A stretch of 64,000 bases of DNA, taken from IMG/VR virus record IMGVR_UViG_2529292920_000018, positions 1 to 64,000 of that record, one strand, 5' to 3'. The position numbers and the translations under genes were made by a program. This stretch comes from a virus. Lineage: Duplodnaviria > Heunggongvirae > Uroviricota > Caudoviricetes. The first letter of the stretch is position 1. Each line of letters begins with the position of its first letter. Shown here one piece after another: positions 58,263 to 64,000 of this stretch. The notes beneath the pieces are model-generated. The model saw nothing but the letters and a program-made list of their open reading frames with translations, was not told the origin of the DNA and ran no database searches.

Positions 58263-58994
58263 TCAATTATCTATGATTGATATCACCTTACCAGTTTTTA
58301 TATCAACACGCGCAGCAATCGTCTGTTTCACCACTCCGCCATAAGCATTTTTTCCGCGAAACGTGGTTTTCACAATGGCATGAGGGTCTTTATTCAAAAC
58401 CAGATGATATACCGTTGACACATGTTTATAAGATGAATCATCGTTCATATTATCTTTAATTAGTTTTTCCAATGGACGATAAGAACCATCCCAACCACTA
58501 AAATTACTCTGAAATGTATCAAGATTGATTTTATTGTTTAGTGAATTCGGGTCATTTTCATAATCATTAAAGCACCACCCAAGAACATCACCGAGTTTCA
58601 ACTCATCATCTTTGGTAAATGTATATTCACTCATGCAGGCATAAAACGCATCTGACGCGGTGGCTGGAACTTCCTTAAAATCAATGTAACTATTCACAAT
58701 ATCGTGTCGTGTTTTCTTTGACTCGTTCCGATATTCCTTGAGTGTTTTTTTACCATATTTGAATGTTTTTTGGACTTTATGTTCTGCAACGGTTGATGTT
58801 TCAGTTTTATCAACTGGCTGGCTTTTTTCTGTTGGATAGAGTATTGAACCAATTATGCTCAATACAAAACCTCCTCCGAGATAAACCGCACTTGCACGTT
58901 TGCGGTTTGGCATTCGCACCAGTGATGGCTTGATTAACCCGATGAAGAAAGCAACGAAAAAAGCGAGTGATAGAAAAGCGATTATAGTATCCAT
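58263..58994 (-). CDS. Hypothetical membrane protein with two N-terminal TM helices (cargo gene A at tin/old hotspot)
   Basis: Start at MDTIIAFLSL with AAGGA 7 nt upstream; about 170-aa C-terminal soluble domain; AT-rich; no recognised family. Confidence 0.5.
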   Translation of the reverse strand: MDTIIAFLSLAFFVAFFIGLIKPSLVRMPNRKRASAVYLGGGFVLSIIGSILYPTEKSQPVDKTETSTVAEHKVQKTFKYGKKTLKEYRNESKKTRHDIVNSYIDFKEVPATASDAFYACMSEYTFTKDDELKLGDVLGWCFNDYENDPNSLNNKINLDTFQSNFSGWDGSYRPLEKLIKDNMNDDSSYKHVSTVYHLVLNKDPHAIVKTTFRGKNAYGGVVKQTIAARVDIKTGKVISIIDN

Positions 58995-59217
58995 AGCTAT
59001 CCTTTTTGCATCATCCACATAAAAAATCGACCTCATGTTAGCAACAGGATGCTTACTTTTGAATATTTGTAAGTTGTTAGCTCTCCAACCTAACTCCTTT
59101 CAACCGTCAAAAACCGGCACCAACGCAGTAAAAATATGTCTGTCAACTAACGCCTCGCTACGCTCGTTGTTCAACCCCGCCAGCCCTGAAAACAAGTTTC
59201 ACGACTGGCGGCGTTCT

Positions 59218-59436
59218 CTATCGTCTTCGTGGTGGTGGCGCAACTCTGGACTGACCGATATAGTTAAGCCGCCCGTAATTATCCCGAACTATTTCGGCAC
59301 ACCCGACCAGCTCATCGGGCGTCAGATTTTCGTTGACCATAATCCGCTGTAAACGCTGAACAATAGCCATCAGCTTGATATTTTTAGTTTTATGGTGCGG
59401 TATCTCGCCTGGTATTCTGTGCATTATCCAAGCCAC
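59218..59436 (-). CDS. Hypothetical small protein
   Basis: 72-aa ORF between the cargo island and the ASCH-like gene. Confidence 0.3.
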   Translation of the reverse strand: MAWIMHRIPGEIPHHKTKNIKLMAIVQRLQRIMVNENLTPDELVGCAEIVRDNYGRLNYIGQSRVAPPPRRR

Positions 59437-59879
59437 CCGTTTTGCTTTGCACGCTCCACCTGTTCATCTGAATAGTTCCATATCCCATCCGCAGCAACCA
59501 CTGCCCCGCCAGACAGCCCCGTCTCTGGTTCATACATAACAGCAAGGCCGAGCTGATGCATAATTTCATGATTAATTCTGAATACCAGACCACGTTCACT
59601 AAGTTCTTTCCAGTTCACAATCTTATATGCGCCCGTATTAAGCAGCTCAATACTTAGCAAGACATAATCTTCCAGCCAGTCTGACAGGTCAGTAACATCT
59701 GTTATCCGGGCTTCAACCTTTCGCCCCGTAAACACACCCTGCACCCATTCATGCAAAATCAACGTGTCCCCGCGCTCATAATTACGGTCATTTTTCCGAA
59801 ACTCTGCGCGTTTTTTTCCTTCCAGTACAAGGTCGAAATATTTTGCGTGCAGCTTTACCTCGTGAATTTTTGCCATCAT
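59424..59879 (-). CDS. ASCH-domain (DUF3850-like) protein
   Basis: N-terminal KIHEVKLHAKYFDLVLEGKKRAEFRKNDR pattern; start overlaps the A stop. Confidence 0.5.
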   Translation of the reverse strand: MMAKIHEVKLHAKYFDLVLEGKKRAEFRKNDRNYERGDTLILHEWVQGVFTGRKVEARITDVTDLSDWLEDYVLLSIELLNTGAYKIVNWKELSERGLVFRINHEIMHQLGLAVMYEPETGLSGGAVVAADGIWNYSDEQVERAKQNGWLG

Positions 59880-62203
59880 GTCCACTCCATTACTGTTGAG
59901 AATCCCGGCCACTCATCAGCGACCGGATACGTGAATTTTTTCCCGTCATAATTTACGGTTGCCCCACGCGCCAGCGCCTCAAGCTCCCATCGCTGCGGCC
60001 TGATACCGTTCTGAGCAAGGTCAACGCGGATACGGGTAATTTGCATTCGTTCCGACCGGGTCAGTCTGGCCGATGGTGCCATTTCATGCGGTTTTAACGG
60101 GCTTCCGTTTCTTTGCTGGCGATTTGGTGTTCTCAGGCCATGTTTTAATGCACCTCTGAGCGCCCTCACGACCTCCGGGTCATTCCATTCGATGACACCG
60201 TCATCAACCAGATTAAGCACTGCTGCGGCGTGCTCAGAAGGTGTGGGAGCTGGTAACGAAGTATCACCACCGGTGAGCTTTCCACAGTTATTGACAGGAC
60301 TCCGAGGCGCGGCGATGCCGCTTTTTAAAGTCAAAGGCTCAACGACCGGAACTTTCGGCACAATGCGCCAGTCCGTCGTTCTGGTGATATGAATATGACG
60401 CGCGCCGAGATGCGGCGCGTAAATGCCGACCACTCTCTCGACTTCTTCCTCGTACTCGTTAACGTCATCCGACGGGCTACGGGCAACCCTGACAGTCTGA
60501 CAATCGCGCGGGACATTTGCCCCACCCTGCGCGCTGATATACAACGCAAAATCACCACTGTCTGCGGCAGCGCGAGCAGCCTCGACGCGTTCGTCAAACT
60601 CATCAGCAATACTGACGCCGCGAGGCAATTTGCGTAGTTCACGGTAAGCCCCCATTGTCGGCAGTCCAACCGTTTTAAATTGCGGGATGCGCCACGTTGA
60701 CGCCCATGCGGTAACAGCCGCGGCAGTATCTTTAAGCGGCTTACCGGTATCGTTATCGAGCTGACCATCCAGTGCATAGCCGTCGATATTTTTTGAAATG
60801 TATTTCGCGATATATCCCGCAGCACCGCCCCGGTTAAGGTGCTTTGCCTGAAAACGGTTTCGCGCTGCTCCTCTTTCGTCGCCATCCTCTTTGAGCGCAT
60901 AGCGACGCATGATTTCAATAATCTGGTTACGCTGGCGTGGATTACAAAAAAGCATCATATGCCAGTGCGGCGTTCCGTCGTGGTGTGGCTCAACGACACG
61001 CAAACCGTAGGCCTGTAAATCATTATCCTTGAATGCCGTGCGCATCAGGCTCCAGATACGGCAGAGATAACGCTGCGCATCCTTTGGATTAAATGCCTCA
61101 TGGTTCCAGCCGTGATTAAGCTGGACGGTTTTACTTTCGCCTTTTCCGACCTGACGTGTCGGGTGATACTTTGACGGCGCGGTCAGCGTGATAAACATCC
61201 CCACATCACCCTCTGCGGCGGCGTAACGCTCAATTCCGGCGATGGTGTTCATCAGCTCCATCCGGCGAATTTCTGGATTAGAAATACTGCCCATCACCTT
61301 ACTGATAAGGTCGATGCGTTCGCCGGTTTCCCTGTTTTCAAGGTCACACGATTTAAGAAATTCCAGATTTGCCTGGCGGCGCGCACGCACATCACGAATA
61401 GCATGTTTACTGGCATAAGGTGAACGGTCTTTATTGACCTCCCCGACAGCAATCAGTAACGCCTCATGCCAACGCATACGCTGGCCTTTAAGCTGATGAG
61501 TCCACCACTCATCGTTAAACAGACGGGCAATGGCAGAATATGCCTGCCTCGTGGTCATCTGCCCTTTACGGTATTTTTTCCAGTAGAGAGGGGAAATATT
61601 GAAAGCACGTGCAGCGCCAGCAACATGACCATACAGGTGAGCCTGCGCCTCATCCGTAAACAGCGATTCTTTTTCGCCATGCGCATCCACCCAGGCATCG
61701 CAGAGTTCCTCATACATCATGAAAAGCTGCGATGAGATACGGGCGGCAAACTTTTTCAGCTCCTTGTCATTCATTCCCGGCAGGCGTGCATAGTGGTCAC
61801 GCTCTGCCAAAAACAGCAACGACGCGTCGGTGTTCATTTCATGGCGCTGATTCACACGCTCAATACGCGGCCATAAACGACGCTGAAAAGTGGATGTGAG
61901 GAAATAAAACCCGTGCACCGGGCTTTTATTGCGCCGGATGTAGTCATAGCGTGAAGTAAACAGCGAGCGCAAAAAATAAGGCAGGCGATTTATCGTGGAT
62001 AAAACACCTTGCACCTGACGCATCTCGTCACGTGTAAGGGGTCTTTCGCGCCCGACGGCCTCGCGTGGCGCGTTCCATGCATAAGCACCGGTAAACGCCT
62101 TACCGGTGCCTGCAGCAAATGCTGAAGGAGGGACAAAACGCCCGGAGGCTTTAACGGCCATATGAGCCAAAAGCCTCTGAACAACGCCTGCTGAGTTGCT
62201 CAA
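59876..62203 (-). CDS. A: Replication initiation endonuclease gpA-like
   Basis: 775-aa ORF containing GYIAKYISKN active-site-like motif; true start may be the internal Met at 62161. Confidence 0.85.
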   Translation of the reverse strand: MSNSAGVVQRLLAHMAVKASGRFVPPSAFAAGTGKAFTGAYAWNAPREAVGRERPLTRDEMRQVQGVLSTINRLPYFLRSLFTSRYDYIRRNKSPVHGFYFLTSTFQRRLWPRIERVNQRHEMNTDASLLFLAERDHYARLPGMNDKELKKFAARISSQLFMMYEELCDAWVDAHGEKESLFTDEAQAHLYGHVAGAARAFNISPLYWKKYRKGQMTTRQAYSAIARLFNDEWWTHQLKGQRMRWHEALLIAVGEVNKDRSPYASKHAIRDVRARRQANLEFLKSCDLENRETGERIDLISKVMGSISNPEIRRMELMNTIAGIERYAAAEGDVGMFITLTAPSKYHPTRQVGKGESKTVQLNHGWNHEAFNPKDAQRYLCRIWSLMRTAFKDNDLQAYGLRVVEPHHDGTPHWHMMLFCNPRQRNQIIEIMRRYALKEDGDERGAARNRFQAKHLNRGGAAGYIAKYISKNIDGYALDGQLDNDTGKPLKDTAAAVTAWASTWRIPQFKTVGLPTMGAYRELRKLPRGVSIADEFDERVEAARAAADSGDFALYISAQGGANVPRDCQTVRVARSPSDDVNEYEEEVERVVGIYAPHLGARHIHITRTTDWRIVPKVPVVEPLTLKSGIAAPRSPVNNCGKLTGGDTSLPAPTPSEHAAAVLNLVDDGVIEWNDPEVVRALRGALKHGLRTPNRQQRNGSPLKPHEMAPSARLTRSERMQITRIRVDLAQNGIRPQRWELEALARGATVNYDGKKFTYPVADEWPGFSTVMEWT

Positions 62204-62426
62204 CCTGCGCGTTTAAATCAGCAAAAGACTTTGCGCTTCCGGTCAGAATATCGTGATGCATCAGGCCGGAAACGAGCTGGCTTAATTTCGGATAATAACC
62301 AACCACTGCCAGCCATTCCTGACCGGCGTTTTTACCGCTTTCCGCTCTCTTTTTCTCGTGGAGAATAAACTGAAAGCTGTCACTGGTAACGACATAACGT
62401 TCGCCAATTTCAATACGAATACTCAT
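62151..62426 (-). CDS. Hypothetical protein (P2 orf83 position)
   Basis: 91-aa ORF. Confidence 0.4.
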   Translation of the reverse strand: MSIRIEIGERYVVTSDSFQFILHEKKRAESGKNAGQEWLAVVGYYPKLSQLVSGLMHHDILTGSAKSFADLNAQVEQLSRRCSEAFGSYGR

Positions 62427-62647
62427 GCCGTTCTCCGGTAATGTTTGTTTTTTGCTTCAAAGACTGACTGGCAGGAAACACAACGCGTGGCTGACGGATA
62501 AGCCGCACGACGGGCAGCAGGTATTGGCGCGTCACACTCTTCGCAAACCAGCGCAGAAGCACCGCAATGTTTTACCCTTGCCGCGTTAATCTGACGCTCC
62601 AGTAATTCAGCCTGTTGTTCCTGAATAAAATCTACGTTGTCCGGCAT
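62423..62647 (-). CDS. TraR/DksA-family zinc-finger protein
   Basis: 74 aa with C-x2-C...C-x2-C (CEEC, CVSC). Confidence 0.6.
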   Translation of the reverse strand: MPDNVDFIQEQQAELLERQINAARVKHCGASALVCEECDAPIPAARRAAYPSATRCVSCQSVFEAKNKHYRRTA

Positions 62648-62952
62648 TACCAGCTCCTTTTGTCGTTAAGTTTTTTAAATTCATCAGCGCAATAGCTGGC
62701 AATTTCTGTCGTTAATTTCGTCAGTTCATCCACGGAGGAGATTTGCTTGTGAAATACAGCGCGTTTAACAAGTAAATTGACCACATCAGACAGGAGGTTT
62801 AATTCATTCTGATAAATCGCGATAACAGATTCAGTGATGTCGCGTTTTTCTTTATCAAGACAAAGTTGAATAAGAGACAAATCGCCATTTTTCATAACGG
62901 CGATTTTTAAGGCGTTATTCAGTAATACAACTGAATGAGAACAGGACATCAA
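62647..62952 (-). CDS. Hypothetical protein
   Basis: 101-aa ORF in the P2 early operon. Confidence 0.4.
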   Translation of the reverse strand: MMSCSHSVVLLNNALKIAVMKNGDLSLIQLCLDKEKRDITESVIAIYQNELNLLSDVVNLLVKRAVFHKQISSVDELTKLTTEIASYCADEFKKLNDKRSW

Positions 62953-63173
62953 AGCACCTCCCCGCGAGACAATCCGATATTGTGAAATTTTTCCGACTCC
63001 TGACTGAGCAGCTCGACTATCTCCACGCGGGATAACTCCGCCTTTGTGATGTGGCGAATCATGGTGTCAAGATGAGAAGAAAAGCGCGTCGCAGCGTCAG
63101 CCTGTGCTTCGGTTCTGGCCTGTTGCAGCAGTAATGCGTATTTACCGCACTGATTTTCAGAAACTGTATGCAT
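62949..63173 (-). CDS. Hypothetical protein
   Basis: 74-aa ORF in the P2 early operon. Confidence 0.4.
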   Translation of the reverse strand: MHTVSENQCGKYALLLQQARTEAQADAATRFSSHLDTMIRHITKAELSRVEIVELLSQESEKFHNIGLSRGEVL

Positions 63174-63236
63174 GACTTTCTCCAGGCAAAAAGAAGCCCC
63201 GCACGATTAAGTGCGTTAAAAACTCTGGTTAATTAT

Positions 63237-63737
63237 TTAATGCAGATATTGCTCTGGTTTTACCGACGTCAGAATTGTCGGTGCATACTCAAACAGGCTG
63301 AATAATTCACGTAATGCACGGAATAAAGCATCACGCCAGTAACATGATTCTTCATTAATTCGCCAGTATGGCTGGTTGAATTCTTTTTCAGTCAATCCGG
63401 CATGCATAAATAAAGTACGACGCTGACTGACTGTTAAAAAACTAATATATGCATACTCACTTGCGCCAACCTGACGGCGTTTTGAGAATGCCCCACGCAA
63501 TTCATCAATTGCACAAACCAGCCGTTCACGTTCGACGTCGTTCATTTCTTCAAAACGCATCGTTGCGTGACGCTGTTTTAACTGCGCATGGAAGCAAACC
63601 GTTAACCGTTCGCGCTCCATCATCTGATTATAATAATCACATGTATCCTGCCAGCGAGGAACGGCAAGATGCTTACCAATTATCCGGCGCATAGCTGCTG
63701 GCTGTTTTTCAACGAGATTGAGCGTCATCACTGTCAT
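63237..63737 (-). CDS. B: Replication protein gpB-like
   Basis: 166 aa; position upstream of A. Confidence 0.6.
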   Translation of the reverse strand: MTVMTLNLVEKQPAAMRRIIGKHLAVPRWQDTCDYYNQMMERERLTVCFHAQLKQRHATMRFEEMNDVERERLVCAIDELRGAFSKRRQVGASEYAYISFLTVSQRRTLFMHAGLTEKEFNQPYWRINEESCYWRDALFRALRELFSLFEYAPTILTSVKPEQYLH

Positions 63738-63928
63738 TTCCAGACCCTCCGGCTTTTCAGAAAGGTCAGAGCCTTTTTTAACGGACTCTGTTTTTTGGTG
63801 CGGATAATGATTCCCTTACGCCCCTTACCGTGGGTGATGGTGAAGTCAATCGCCCTGGGGCTTTCGTTACGCAATAACTGAGCAATACAACGAGGCTCAT
63901 TCATACGGTTCTCCTTAACGTGGTTCAC
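63734..63928 (-). CDS. Hypothetical small basic protein
   Basis: 64-aa ORF upstream of the B-like gene. Confidence 0.35.
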   Translation of the reverse strand: MNHVKENRMNEPRCIAQLLRNESPRAIDFTITHGKGRKGIIIRTKKQSPLKKALTFLKSRRVWK

Positions 63929-64000
63929 CGAGACCTAACCACATCAACCAGCCGTCACGAATCTCTTTAGGACGGCTTTCATAAGCCAGTTTTAGTCCGT

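Noticed and set aside
57371-59036. The two cargo genes as P2 tin and old themselves
   Set aside because: Neither has Old-like ATPase (Walker A) motifs and both are membrane proteins; sizes and features do not fit, so I treat them as different cargo
59035-59352. Plus-strand 105-aa ORF
   Set aside because: It overlaps the minus-strand ORF 59218-59436 and the promoter region of the cargo gene, with no RBS or motif support
63930-64000. Partial minus-strand ORF at the window edge (possibly a cox/C-region gene)
   Set aside because: Too short and truncated by the window end to support any call

Overview
The window is almost entirely prophage DNA from two nested temperate phages. (1) Positions 1 to about 36025 are a Mu-like transposable prophage whose left boundary lies upstream of the window: a minus-strand late module (holin, SLT endolysin, nested spanins, terminase, portal, head genes, sheath, tube, frameshifted chaperone, tape measure, baseplate, tail fibre with a Din-type invertible segment), a central accessory island (P-loop protein, two small ORFs, Dam methylase), and a plus-strand early module (XRE repressor, Ner, DDE transposase, MuB-like ATPase, Gam, GemA, Mor). 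(2) Positions about 36026 to 64000 are a P2-like prophage running beyond the window end, with its tail gene D truncated exactly where the Mu-like sequence begins, so the Mu-like element appears to have transposed into it. The P2-like part has the full collinear P2 order, a serine DNA invertase with a second invertible tail-fibre segment at the Z/fun position, the canonical 19-nt cos sequence, and an AT-rich two-gene cargo island at the tin/old hotspot. That cargo island (57371-59036, two unrecognised membrane proteins) is my best candidate for an undescribed system, most plausibly phage defence or superinfection exclusion; the Mu-like central island is second. All family assignments come from reading the translated ORFs against remembered family signatures and synteny; no database search, HMM or GC computation was run, and start codons were chosen by eye. 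No rRNA, tRNA or CRISPR array was seen.
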